DNA of 64,000 nucleotides from Candidatus Nomurabacteria bacterium (GCA_023898465.1 CP060223.1:256001-320000), one strand, 5' to 3'. Counted from the stretch's first letter, positions 37,635-47,294 are shown. The notes: generated from the sequence alone by a model not told the origin. A program made the numbers and translations.

Positions 37635-37927
37635 CGGGCCATTGCGCCGTGCGGACTGCGTCCGACCAGGTCGGACTCCGCCCTTACGGCGCATGTCCCT
37701 TTCCCCATTGCAAACAGTCCCTCTCGGCAGCCTCGAGGTCCTTGGTTTGCAACGGGGGCCCCGATAAGAGTGCGGGCCCAAGTGCTCGGCATTACAAAGC
37801 GTCCCAGAAAAAATGCCAGACACAAGTCTTCGGCATTTAATGAGAAGAAGACGTAGGTCAACTTCAGAGTGAGTCACCACAAACATCGTCGCTGCGCTAG
37901 AGGCAGCATAATTCAGGAGGAAAAAAT

Positions 37928-38467
37928 ATGTCACGTAGCGTACTCATTTTCATCGTACTCCTCGTTATCCTCGCAGTAGGCGGTGGAATTGTTTGGTGGA
38001 TGGTCACCAACCCAAGCGAAAATAGCAACACAAATAATGCCGTTGTCGCGAATACCAACACTGAGGTGAATGCAAATGCTGCACCGAATATTGATGTACA
38101 GGCCGGTGCGGTGGATGTAGGACGAGAAGCCTTGCTGACCAGTGCGAACTTCCGCGCCAGCTCAGCTTCATTGCTCAGCGAATTTGACGGCCTAAGCGCC
38201 GCTGAAGATAAAAGCTACCTGGTTGTCTATTACATGTTGACGCCTTACGAAGGATCAAGCGAAAACGTGCCAAATCTGAACGATCAAAACGTTTCAGTCA
38301 GCAGCGGTGACACTTCCTATACACTGCAAGCAATTGGCACCACCCAGAGCGAAACTGATGGCGAAGAACTTGGCTATCTGCGTTTCGAAGTGCCTGTTGA
38401 CGCAAGCGGATTTGTCCTAACGATTTTAGACGGCGACATAGAGCAGACGATTGATCTGGGCTTTTAA
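37928..38467 (+). CDS. Hypothetical secreted/membrane-anchored protein
   Basis: Strong RBS AGGAGGA; N-terminal TM; Asn/Thr-rich linker; no family recognised. Confidence 0.5.
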   Translation: MSRSVLIFIVLLVILAVGGGIVWWMVTNPSENSNTNNAVVANTNTEVNANAAPNIDVQAGAVDVGREALLTSANFRASSASLLSEFDGLSAAEDKSYLVVYYMLTPYEGSSENVPNLNDQNVSVSSGDTSYTLQAIGTTQSETDGEELGYLRFEVPVDASGFVLTILDGDIEQTIDLGF

Positions 38468-38520
38468 CCTATTGAGTGCCGGGTGAGTAACGGGGGATTG
38501 GCATTAGCGCAGGAGATGGC

Positions 38521-39633
38521 ATGAAGATTGGCATAGTTACGCAGAGCTTTTTCCCCATTCGCGGAGGTGTCGCAGAACACGTCTATCATACAGCGCATGC
38601 TTTAGAGCGGCGCGGACACGAGGTCGTTATTATTACGGCCAATTTTAGTCGTTTTGATGAGGATAGGGGATGTCGGGTCGAGCGCATCGGCCGCGATTTA
38701 ACCATTCCCTTTAATCAGGCTTTTGTAAACCTGACCATTAGCTGGAATATCCCGCAGGAGTTACGCCACCTAGAGCGCAAGTACGGCTTCGACGTGGTGC
38801 ATATTCACGGACCCTACGAACCATTTTTACCTGCCCTGGCGCTGAAGAATATCGAGTGCCCAAAGGTTGGCACTTTTCATGCCTTTAACGCGCATCCCTC
38901 GTTGGGCTATCGCGTGTTTGAAAATTACATCCGAACCTTTAAGGATCGTTTGTCAGCCCGCATCGCGGTTTCGCAAGCCGCTAAGGACTTTATCTCGCAT
39001 CATTTCCCGGATGATTATGAAATCATCCCAAACGGCGTGGATGTGCAGCGCTTTAGTCCGCAGGTCAAACCCTTCCCTTGGTATAACCCAGAGAAATTCA
39101 CCATCCTCTTTGTCGGTCGTATGGATCCGCGCAAAGGTTTGAAATATCTCTTACGCGCCTTCACCATGATCGCGTCCGAGTTCCCGCAGGCCGAGGTGGT
39201 GGTTGTCGGCAATGGTATATTGCGTCGCTATTACGAAACCTTTTTAGAGCCGAGCCTGAAAGATCGCGTGCGTTTCGAGGGCTTTGTCTCGGCTGCAGAT
39301 TTACCGCGCTACTATGCCTCCAGCGATGTGTATGTGTCGCCAGCCACCGGCAATGAGAGTTTCGGCATTGTCTTGCTCGAGGGTATGGCCAGCGGCAAGC
39401 CGGTGATTGCGTCGGATATTGACGGGTATCGGGATGTGATTCGCCATGGCCAGGATGGGATTTTGGTGCCAAAATCTGACCCAGCCGCCCTAGCCCAGGC
39501 TCTCCGCACCCTGGCCCGTGACCCGCAAGAAAGAGCAAAATACCAGCAGGCCGGCCGTCAGCGGGCTGAGGAATTCTCCTGGGAGTCTATTACTGACCGC
39601 TTGGAGGAGGTGTATAGGAGGGTGGTGTATTGA
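38521..39633 (+). CDS. Glycosyltransferase family 4 (GT-B, retaining)
   Basis: C-terminal E-x7-E region FGIVLLEGMASGKPVIASDIDGYRDVI; N-terminal GGV motif. Confidence 0.85.
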   Translation: MKIGIVTQSFFPIRGGVAEHVYHTAHALERRGHEVVIITANFSRFDEDRGCRVERIGRDLTIPFNQAFVNLTISWNIPQELRHLERKYGFDVVHIHGPYEPFLPALALKNIECPKVGTFHAFNAHPSLGYRVFENYIRTFKDRLSARIAVSQAAKDFISHHFPDDYEIIPNGVDVQRFSPQVKPFPWYNPEKFTILFVGRMDPRKGLKYLLRAFTMIASEFPQAEVVVVGNGILRRYYETFLEPSLKDRVRFEGFVSAADLPRYYASSDVYVSPATGNESFGIVLLEGMASGKPVIASDIDGYRDVIRHGQDGILVPKSDPAALAQALRTLARDPQERAKYQQAGRQRAEEFSWESITDRLEEVYRRVVY

Positions 39634-39666
39634 ACGTAGCAATGGAAGAATTATTAAAGTAAAAGA

Positions 39667-42600
39667 ATGGACTCTGCCCCATTAACACTACAAACGAAGA
39701 CACTGCAGAGGTCTTCCGATCTAAATAATTACAGACTCTATCGCGCAGCTCTTGAATGGGAGTTGATTGATCCTATTGTCATAGAAGACCGGGATGACAT
39801 GCATTCCGAAAGTAGTTGGCGTGATCGTCTTGAGCCGTATCATCATCAAGTAACTAACCTAATAACTTTTTGTCGTCGCCTACCTGTTACTTTACTGGCG
39901 GATGATGTCGGGTTAGGAAAAACAATTAGTGCTGGCCTAGTTTTAAGCGAGTTAATTTCGCGCGGGAGAATTTCAAAAATATTAATAGTTTGCCCAAAAA
40001 TACTTCGAGATCAGTGGAAAGAAGAATTGGAAATAAAGTTCCGAATTCCGTCCACAATTGTGACAGGAAGAGAATTAATTACGGCAAAGCCTCCTGAAGA
40101 ACCAGGAGCGGTAATTACCACATACAATACGGCCAGACTGTATTTAGATAGAATTGACCAGAATGGTTTTGAAATATTGATACTTGATGAGGCGCATAAA
40201 TTGCGGAATCTATATGGTGTTGACCCAACACCTCAAGTTGCAATTAAATTCCGTAAAGCTCTGGCTGACCGGATGTTTAAGTACGTATTAATGTTAACTG
40301 CAACGCCGATCCAGAACAGACTATGGGATCTCTACTCGTTGGTTGACTTATTAACCGTTGCACGCGGCCATGAAAATCCCTTTGGAACGCCAGGTATTTT
40401 TGCGAGAAAATTTATTGCAGATAGTCGCACACAAGCGCGTCAGCTTAATCCGGAGATGCGGGATGAGTTTCGCTCAATTATTTACGGTTATATGTCTCGG
40501 GTTCGTCGTGGAGATGCAAAACTCCACTTCCCAGAGCGGGTAGTACAGTTGCATAAAGTTGACCCAACACCAGAAGAATTGCAGTTGATCGGTGTGGTCG
40601 GAAAATCTATACAACAACTGAATGCGCTTACACAAATTGTAATCCTCCAAGCTTTGGTGAGTAGTCCAGAAGCGCTAATAAAGATGTTAGAAGGAATGGC
40701 TAAAAAAGGAACCGTACCGCGTGAGGTGTTGGCGAACGTTAAGGAATCAGCCAAAGAAATTCAAATCACTACAAAACTAAAAGGTTTGGGCGCGTTAGTT
40801 GAAAAACTTAGAAAGGAGCAACCCAATACTTGGCGGGTGGTAGTTTTTACAAGATGGCGAGAAACTCAAACAACTATCGAAACTTTTCTTGAAAAGCAAG
40901 GAGTAAAATGCGGCTTGATAAATGGCGATTCAAGTAAGCGAAATCAGGAAACAATCCAAAGATTTAAAAAAGACTTACCAGACATTAATGTAATTATTTC
41001 TACTGAAGCAGGTTCGGAGGGCGTTAACCTTCAGGCCGCTAATGTTTTGGTTAATTACGATCTCCCCTGGAATCCAATGATAGTGGAACAAAGAATAGGT
41101 CGTATTCAAAGACTTGCTTCTAATTATGCAAATGTTTCTATTTTTAATATTGTTTTGCAAAATACCTTTGAAGAATATATTGTAGGGCGCTTGATGGAAA
41201 AGTTGCAGATGGCTTCTCATGCAATTGGGGATATTGAAGCACTATTGGAAGCATCCGGCATTGATGAAGGTGAAGAAAATGGCTCAAGTGGTTTTGAAGA
41301 AAAAATTCGCCAGTTAGTAGTTGCATCTTTAGCTGGAAAAGATGTTGAGCAGGCAACTCGTAAAGCTGAACAGAGTATTTCAGAAGCTAAAACAGAATTA
41401 GACCATGAAGAAAAGAACATTAATGCTTTACTTGGGGGGATGAGTGATTCTCTAGATTCTGGTCCAAGATGTCCGAAGCTTCCTCAAACTACTAAGTCGA
41501 TGGATGTCCGTGATTTTACTACGGCTGCTCTTATGAGCTTAGGCGCGGAACTACATCCAAAAAAGGATGGTTTATTAGTTTCACAACTTGCTGGGAAAAA
41601 AGAATTAATCCGATTTGATAATAACACTCTGAGCAGTGAAGAGGAGAGTGTCTTATATGCACCGGGAACTTCAACTTTTGAACGCTTAGTCCATAAAGTT
41701 GCAAATGTAGGAAAACACATTGTTGAAGACCTTGATAAAAACCCCCAACAGCAAATTGAGAAAGTAAGTCGTCAATGGGTCGAAAGTTTTGGCGGAGACT
41801 TCGAAAATGTAACGGTAGAGGACGTTTCTCGATGTTTTGCAGGAGTAGCAATAATTCGTGCAAGATCAACAGTAGCTCACGATAGTTATGAGCGTCTCAT
41901 TGAGGTTTCGTGCGCTCCCACTGAGCATTTCAGTTTTGTGACAAGAACGGGATTGGAACCCATCGGAGACTATATTGAAAATCCGACATCTGTTGGTGCG
42001 CTTTCAGAAAAATTAATTGAAAAAGCCAGCCAAGACTCGAGTATTCTTGAGTTCTGTAGATTTTATTTAGAACGAAGATCTCAAGAAATTGCCTCCGCAG
42101 GAAATGACGAAAGAAAAAAGAAAAAGCTTGAGGATGAGTTTACGCCCCGTCTTGAATTTTCCCTAGTCGGTCTTGAGGGCAAGGTTCATCGGATAGTTAA
42201 AAATCAGGTCTCTTATAGAATTGAACGTGAGGGCCAATACAAAAGTACCCTCATGATAACCCCCTCTTCTGGGCAAGTTGATATGCCGGGGATGGGACAA
42301 TGCATGAAAACAGGTAAGACTGTACCGAGCGATTGCTTAGCAAAGTGCGAAATAAGCGGACTTATAGTATTGCGGCATTTTCTTGATCAATCAGAGATCA
42401 GTAATCGACTGGCGCTCCCTGAGCACATCGTTTTATGTACGTTAAGCAACAAGCGAGTGCTAGCGGACGAAGCTATAAAATCAGATGTTACGGGCAAACT
42501 AGTCGCAAAGAAGTTTTTAAAAACATCTTCTCTGAGTGGCAAATTCGCTGAACCACAGTTCATTAACACTTGTGAGTTTACAAAAACAGAAGTTCTGGAA

Positions 42601-43194
42601 AGCGAAATTGCGGTCAGCCAGATTTCAGGAAAAAGATATCGCATTGATGAGCAACTTAAATCCGCAGTTTCAGGAAAACTAGGCCATCGACAAGAATTTG
42701 TAGCAAGTAGTATTTCATCAGCCCCACTTCTTGAAGAAGAAGCCATTCGTTCGGTCACTGGAAAATTTTGTGCACCAATGGAAGCGAGGCCCTGCACTTG
42801 GAGTGGTCGAAAGTGTCACCCCGAAGACCTTAGGACTTGCGAGTTGACCGGAGTCCAAATTCATTCAGAGTACGTAACGCTCGAACCACCAATTCGTTTA
42901 GAAACCCTAAATAATCTTTTGAATGGCACGAGGAGCAAATCTGACAAATTGGAAGTATGGCCTTCACTTTCAAATAGCGTTACAGCTTTATTAAAAGCAA
43001 AACGTTGTAAAATTGAAACAGCAGAAGTTTCACCTAGTGACGATATTTTGGCCGCTTCTATAGAGCTTCGAACTTTTCTAGGCCTGCGCGTGAGTCACAT
43101 TGGCGTACTTTATTCAATAAAGGATGGATCCGTAGTCGGGCGTGTTGCTAGAGGCAAGCGTGGTGATAAGGGCTGGAATCAAACTAAGAACTAA
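39667..43194 (+). CDS. SNF2-family helicase with about 600-aa repeat-containing C-terminal extension
   Basis: Motif I DDVGLGKTISAG, motif II LILDEAHKLRN, motif III LTATPIQNRLWDL, motif VI QRIGRIQR. C-terminal half has no known domain but contains about 8 short S/T-G-K repeats. Confidence 0.85.
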   Translation: MDSAPLTLQTKTLQRSSDLNNYRLYRAALEWELIDPIVIEDRDDMHSESSWRDRLEPYHHQVTNLITFCRRLPVTLLADDVGLGKTISAGLVLSELISRGRISKILIVCPKILRDQWKEELEIKFRIPSTIVTGRELITAKPPEEPGAVITTYNTARLYLDRIDQNGFEILILDEAHKLRNLYGVDPTPQVAIKFRKALADRMFKYVLMLTATPIQNRLWDLYSLVDLLTVARGHENPFGTPGIFARKFIADSRTQARQLNPEMRDEFRSIIYGYMSRVRRGDAKLHFPERVVQLHKVDPTPEELQLIGVVGKSIQQLNALTQIVILQALVSSPEALIKMLEGMAKKGTVPREVLANVKESAKEIQITTKLKGLGALVEKLRKEQPNTWRVVVFTRWRETQTTIETFLEKQGVKCGLINGDSSKRNQETIQRFKKDLPDINVIISTEAGSEGVNLQAANVLVNYDLPWNPMIVEQRIGRIQRLASNYANVSIFNIVLQNTFEEYIVGRLMEKLQMASHAIGDIEALLEASGIDEGEENGSSGFEEKIRQLVVASLAGKDVEQATRKAEQSISEAKTELDHEEKNINALLGGMSDSLDSGPRCPKLPQTTKSMDVRDFTTAALMSLGAELHPKKDGLLVSQLAGKKELIRFDNNTLSSEEESVLYAPGTSTFERLVHKVANVGKHIVEDLDKNPQQQIEKVSRQWVESFGGDFENVTVEDVSRCFAGVAIIRARSTVAHDSYERLIEVSCAPTEHFSFVTRTGLEPIGDYIENPTSVGALSEKLIEKASQDSSILEFCRFYLERRSQEIASAGNDERKKKKLEDEFTPRLEFSLVGLEGKVHRIVKNQVSYRIEREGQYKSTLMITPSSGQVDMPGMGQCMKTGKTVPSDCLAKCEISGLIVLRHFLDQSEISNRLALPEHIVLCTLSNKRVLADEAIKSDVTGKLVAKKFLKTSSLSGKFAEPQFINTCEFTKTEVLESEIAVSQISGKRYRIDEQLKSAVSGKLGHRQEFVASSISSAPLLEEEAIRSVTGKFCAPMEARPCTWSGRKCHPEDLRTCELTGVQIHSEYVTLEPPIRLETLNNLLNGTRSKSDKLEVWPSLSNSVTALLKAKRCKIETAEVSPSDDILAASIELRTFLGLRVSHIGVLYSIKDGSVVGRVARGKRGDKGWNQTKN

Positions 43195-43195
43195 T

Positions 43196-44686
43196 ATGAA
43201 CCCTCTACTTACAAAAACCGATTATCTTCTTTACCGGGAATGCCCAAAGAATGTTTGGTATAAAATCCAAAAACCTGAATTGTATGCTACATCGGAGCTA
43301 ACAGAGTTTGAAAAATCGATAATGGAAACAGGTAATGAGGTTGAAAAGATTGCAAGGCAACTTTTTCCAAACGGGGTGTTAGTAACTTATCGTGATGCGC
43401 GCGGTCAAGCTGAGACACAAAAGCTATTGGCGGAGAACAAGGATGTGATTTTTCAGCCAGTTTTTGTCAAAAATAACTTTTTGGCTGCTATTGATGTTCT
43501 ACAAAAAGAAAAGAATGGCAAGGGCTACAATGTTTACGAAATAAAATCGACTAGTGATGTAGATAAGAAAACACATTTTCACGACCTAGCATTTCAAGTA
43601 AACGTTCTCAGAATGACAGGCCTGGGAATTAATAAATCATTTGTCATTCATCTAAACTCTGAATATATTCGAAAGGGAGAAATTGAGCTGGATCAGTTAT
43701 TTAAAGTATCAGATGTGACGGATGAAGTAGAAAGTCTTTTACCGGATGTTGCGACTGAGGCGGAAGAAGCATTGAAGTATATTAGCCAAACTTCTGAACC
43801 AGAGGGGTACTGCTGCTGTATTTATAAAGGTCGATCAAGGCATTGTTCAACCTTTCAGCTAGCGAACCCCGAAGTACCCGAATATAGTGTCCACGATATT
43901 TCTAGGATAGGGGTAAGCAAGGCTAAATTAAAAGAGCTAATTGACGGAAGTATTTTTCACCTGGACAAGATTCCGCCACACATTAAATTAAGCGAAATTC
44001 AACAAGGTCAAGTTGAAACCTATAAATTGAATAAGGTATTAGTAGATAAGGAAAGAATTGCGGAAGAATTTAGTGGTCTCACATTCCCACTTTATTTTCT
44101 TGATTATGAAACATTTCCATCAGCAATACCAAGATATGATGGCTTTTCACCATATAAACAAATTCCGTTCCAGTATTCTGTTTACAAACTAGATTCAGTC
44201 GAGAGTGAGCCAACTCATTTTGATTTTTTGTACTCTGGTCCCGAAGACCCCAGCAAGCACTTTGCCGAGTCTTTAAGGGAACATATCGGGGATAAAGGCT
44301 CGATCATCGTTTGGCATAAAGACTTCGAGTGTGGCAGAAATAATGAAATAGGTAGTCGAATTCCTACTTCGAAGGCTTTTTTTGACTCTGTTAATCAGCG
44401 AGTATACGATCTCGAAGACATTTTCAAGAAACAATACCACGTTCATCGAGATTATAAGGGAAGCACATCTATTAAAAACGTATTGCCTGTTTTAGTGCCA
44501 GAATTAACGTATAAAGACCTTGAAATTCGTGATGGTGGCAGTGCAGCGGATAGTTGGGACAAAATAATTAGTGGTGTATATAACGAGACAGAGAAAGAAA
44601 AGGTAATAAAAGATTTAAAGATTTATTGTGGTCTTGATACATTTGCAATGTATGCTATTTGGAATTGCTTGAACAAGCTACTCTAA
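43196..44686 (+). CDS. Cas4/RecB-like PD-(D/E)xK nuclease domain protein with probable Fe-S cluster, plus a C-terminal domain of unknown function
   Basis: N-terminal Cys (YRECPKNVWY); motif II IDVL; motif III YEIKS; Cys cluster EGYCCCIYKGRSRHC. Start taken at MNPLLTK (ATG 43196), overlapping the SNF2 stop region. Confidence 0.6.
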   Translation: MNPLLTKTDYLLYRECPKNVWYKIQKPELYATSELTEFEKSIMETGNEVEKIARQLFPNGVLVTYRDARGQAETQKLLAENKDVIFQPVFVKNNFLAAIDVLQKEKNGKGYNVYEIKSTSDVDKKTHFHDLAFQVNVLRMTGLGINKSFVIHLNSEYIRKGEIELDQLFKVSDVTDEVESLLPDVATEAEEALKYISQTSEPEGYCCCIYKGRSRHCSTFQLANPEVPEYSVHDISRIGVSKAKLKELIDGSIFHLDKIPPHIKLSEIQQGQVETYKLNKVLVDKERIAEEFSGLTFPLYFLDYETFPSAIPRYDGFSPYKQIPFQYSVYKLDSVESEPTHFDFLYSGPEDPSKHFAESLREHIGDKGSIIVWHKDFECGRNNEIGSRIPTSKAFFDSVNQRVYDLEDIFKKQYHVHRDYKGSTSIKNVLPVLVPELTYKDLEIRDGGSAADSWDKIISGVYNETEKEKVIKDLKIYCGLDTFAMYAIWNCLNKLL

Positions 44687-44690
44687 ACCT

Positions 44691-45392
44691 ATGAGCTTTC
44701 TTAAGATTTTTAGTGATGATTCTAAAGACAAGCCAAAAGAAAATGATAGTCGGAAACCTGAATGTCCATACTGTCAGGGCGTTTTAGTTAAAATTCCTGC
44801 TAGAAAAACAAAATGTTTTCACTGTGGGAAATATATTTTTGTACGAACACAGACAAAGGACAGAAAGCTCGTTTTGGTTACTGAAGAAAATTCGGCCGCG
44901 ATAGACTCTGAATGGGAGTCAAAACAAGCCGCTACGATCACTTCATTGGTGGAGAAAGTAGATTTTACAAAGAAAAAAGAAGGTCTGCGCGAAGGGTTTG
45001 GGGACAAGGAACCCTCCGTTAGTGACATAAAGTGGGGCTTGTGGAACAAGAGGCTTCAGGAAGCAATGAAACGCAATGATTTTTCAGAACTTTCAGGAAT
45101 ATATTTTCAAATGGCTCTGCGCTTGCACGAAAGTGGAAAAGACAGCTTTAAACTTCAGGGCCAGGCTCAAAAAATGTTTTTGTTTAAAGAAAAGCAAAGC
45201 GGTGTTGTTTCTAGCGTAGAGGTTTTTTCTAGAGATGGCTGTGAAGAATGTAAGAAAATAAACGGAAAGAAATTTGTTATTTTTGAAGCACTAAAACTCA
45301 TGCCACTACCCGTTCAATCCTGCACAAACAAACTGAATAAGAATGCGCCCAATGGTTGGTGTCGATGCACTTTTCTTCCTTTTATAGATTAA
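44691..45392 (+). CDS. Zn-ribbon-containing hypothetical protein
   Basis: CPYCQG...CFHCGK N-terminal C4 ribbon; C-terminal Cys pairs (CEEC; CRC); 4-nt gap after the nuclease gene. Confidence 0.5.
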   Translation: MSFLKIFSDDSKDKPKENDSRKPECPYCQGVLVKIPARKTKCFHCGKYIFVRTQTKDRKLVLVTEENSAAIDSEWESKQAATITSLVEKVDFTKKKEGLREGFGDKEPSVSDIKWGLWNKRLQEAMKRNDFSELSGIYFQMALRLHESGKDSFKLQGQAQKMFLFKEKQSGVVSSVEVFSRDGCEECKKINGKKFVIFEALKLMPLPVQSCTNKLNKNAPNGWCRCTFLPFID

Positions 45393-45547
45393 GACTTTGC
45401 CACCAATACTTTTGTTTCGGTCGCTGAGCATCCACCCTTTTTATCCCCCTCTGCCGATCTTCTAAAAAGAAACGGGAATTTAATCACGTAAAAAATAAAG
45501 AGGACCCATTATAACCCCTTGCCTCCGTCATTCGCGAACGACGGGGT

Positions 45548-45576
45548 TGACAGGGCTTTTTTGTTATACTATTCTT
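45548..45576 (+). promoter_or_regulatory. Sigma70-like promoter of hrcA operon
   Basis: TTGACA, 17-nt spacer, TATTCT, immediately upstream of CIRCE. Confidence 0.6.
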
Positions 45577-45579
45577 GTT

Positions 45580-45606
45580 TTAGCACTCAAATATTGAGAG
45601 TGCTAA
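45580..45606 (+). promoter_or_regulatory. CIRCE operator (HrcA binding site)
   Basis: Perfect TTAGCACTC-N9-GAGTGCTAA inverted repeat 10 nt upstream of the hrcA start. Confidence 0.9.
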
Positions 45607-45615
45607 TTCAAGCCC

Positions 45616-46341
45616 ATGAAGCTCTCAGAACGACAACAACACATATTACAGGCCGTGATTCAAGAACACCTGGTGCAGGGGAAGCCGGTTGGTTCGCAGC
45701 AACTGGTGACGGCCGGTGGATTCGACGTGTCGAGCGCGACTATGCGCAATGAAATGGCTGAATTAGAGGAAAAGGGCTTTTTAACGCATCCCCACACCTC
45801 AGCCGGTCGGATTCCGACGGAGCAGGGTTGGCGCTACTACCTCGACCATATCATTGAAAAAAAAGAGCTAAGTAAAAAGGAAGAAAGCTATCTGCAGCAG
45901 CAAGTGAAAAGCAGCGAGCCAGCTGGTCCGCAAAAAGTGAAAACCTTAGCCAAAGCACTGGCTGAGCTGTCAGAAGAAGCCATCATGATCGGTTTCGCGC
46001 CAAATGATGTGTACTACACCGGCTTGCGTAACCTTTTCTCTAAACCGGAATTCCAGGATTTTGCCGTGGTGACGCAGTTGTCTGAAGTGATTGACCATTT
46101 GGACGAGGCCTTGTCTCGCTTATTTCTACGAAAAGAAAAGTCCCAGCAGGATGTAACAGTATTAGTGGGACAGGAGCATCCTTTTGGCGCTGACTGCAGT
46201 GTCATTATGACGCAGATTCCGGTGGCCAAGGGGAATGCGACCGGTATACTCGGTATCCTGGGCCCGATGCGGCAGCAATATGCAGACAACATTGCTCGAT
46301 TAGATTATTCTCGTCATTTACTTACTGAATTATTTTCCTAA
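45616..46341 (+). CDS. hrcA: Heat-inducible transcription repressor HrcA (short form, 241 aa)
   Basis: N-terminal winged helix ILQAVIQEHLVQGKPVGSQQL...SSATMRNEMAELEEKGFL; preceded by CIRCE and followed by grpE. Confidence 0.85.
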   Translation: MKLSERQQHILQAVIQEHLVQGKPVGSQQLVTAGGFDVSSATMRNEMAELEEKGFLTHPHTSAGRIPTEQGWRYYLDHIIEKKELSKKEESYLQQQVKSSEPAGPQKVKTLAKALAELSEEAIMIGFAPNDVYYTGLRNLFSKPEFQDFAVVTQLSEVIDHLDEALSRLFLRKEKSQQDVTVLVGQEHPFGADCSVIMTQIPVAKGNATGILGILGPMRQQYADNIARLDYSRHLLTELFS

Positions 46342-46344
46342 AGC

Positions 46345-46848
46345 ATGAGCACGAACGAAAACGAAGTCCAAGAAGACACTTCACCTGAAATGAGCACCCT
46401 GCAAAAGAAGGCGGAAGAGTACCTAGCCGGCTGGCAGCGCGCCAAGGCAGACTATCAAAACCTGAAGCGTCAGAATGAAAAAGAGCGCGAAGAGCTCATG
46501 AGTATGACCACTGGTGCGCTCATCCTCGACCTCCTGCCCGTGAAAACCAACTTTGACCTAGCCTGGCAACATCTGCCAGAGGATCTGAAAGACCACGCCT
46601 GGGTAAAGGGCATGGAACACGTGCAAAAGCAGTTTACCGAATTTTTACAAACCCTGGGTATTAGTTCCTATCAACCATCACATGAAGCCTTTGACCCCAG
46701 TAGCATGGAAGCGATCGAGCACACGGCTGACGCAGAAGTGCCCGAGGGTCAGGTGATCCGCACCACTGAGCCAGGCTATCGGATGCGCGACAAAGTCATC
46801 CGTCCGGCCAAAGTGGTGGTCAGCTCAGGTCCTAGTCAAGAATCGTAA
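46345..46848 (+). CDS. grpE: Nucleotide exchange factor GrpE
   Basis: Coiled-coil N-terminus (YQNLKRQNEKEREEL) and C-terminal beta domain; canonical position. Confidence 0.85.
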   Translation: MSTNENEVQEDTSPEMSTLQKKAEEYLAGWQRAKADYQNLKRQNEKEREELMSMTTGALILDLLPVKTNFDLAWQHLPEDLKDHAWVKGMEHVQKQFTEFLQTLGISSYQPSHEAFDPSSMEAIEHTADAEVPEGQVIRTTEPGYRMRDKVIRPAKVVVSSGPSQES

Positions 46849-46883
46849 TCTTCTCTCAACATTAACCCTTAAGGAGAAACACT

Positions 46884-47294
46884 ATGGCAATTATCAAATG
46901 GAGTCCTTTTGCAGACATGCTTGGCGAAGATTTCTTCGAAGACATGCCGCTGGCTCGTAATTATCGCTTTGTCCCGGCCCTCGACATTTATGAGGATAAG
47001 GACAACATCGTAGTAGAAACCCCACTCTCGGGCATTGATCCAAACAAAGTAAATATTGAGATCGAGGACAACATCCTCAAAATCTCTGGATCAACCGAAA
47101 AGAAATCCGAAGTGGATGAAAAAAACTACTACCGCAAAGAAGTCCGCAGTGGACAATTCTTCCGCTCGGTTGCCCTGCCAAAAGCAGTGGATGCAGATAA
47201 GGCTGATGCGCAATATCACGACGGTATCCTGAAAATCACCGTGCCAAAGCGCGAAGAAGCCAAGCCAAAGACTATTTCCGTTCAAGTAAAGTAA
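46884..47294 (+). CDS. Hsp20/alpha-crystallin family small heat-shock protein
   Basis: ACD core (PALDIYEDKDNIVVETPLSGIDPNKVNIEIEDNILKISG...AQYHDGILKITVPK). Confidence 0.88.
   Translation: MAIIKWSPFADMLGEDFFEDMPLARNYRFVPALDIYEDKDNIVVETPLSGIDPNKVNIEIEDNILKISGSTEKKSEVDEKNYYRKEVRSGQFFRSVALPKAVDADKADAQYHDGILKITVPKREEAKPKTISVQVK

Noticed and set aside
37886-37915. Short frame reading ...NIVAALEAA-stop, which superficially resembles a tmRNA tag peptide, downstream of the tRNA-like 3' fragment (a possible permuted tmRNA)
   Set aside because: No complementary 5' acceptor strand, resume-codon context or pseudoknot pattern could be found by eye. The stop codon sits in the RBS region of the next gene, so the resemblance is probably coincidental. 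It needs a covariance-model search to settle.
37523-37934. Two overlapping reverse-strand ORFs (112 and 101 aa)
   Set aside because: They lie in the GC-rich hairpin-dense non-coding region. They are Arg/Gly/Pro-rich with no RBS, and one overlaps the duplicated tRNA-Glu fragment.
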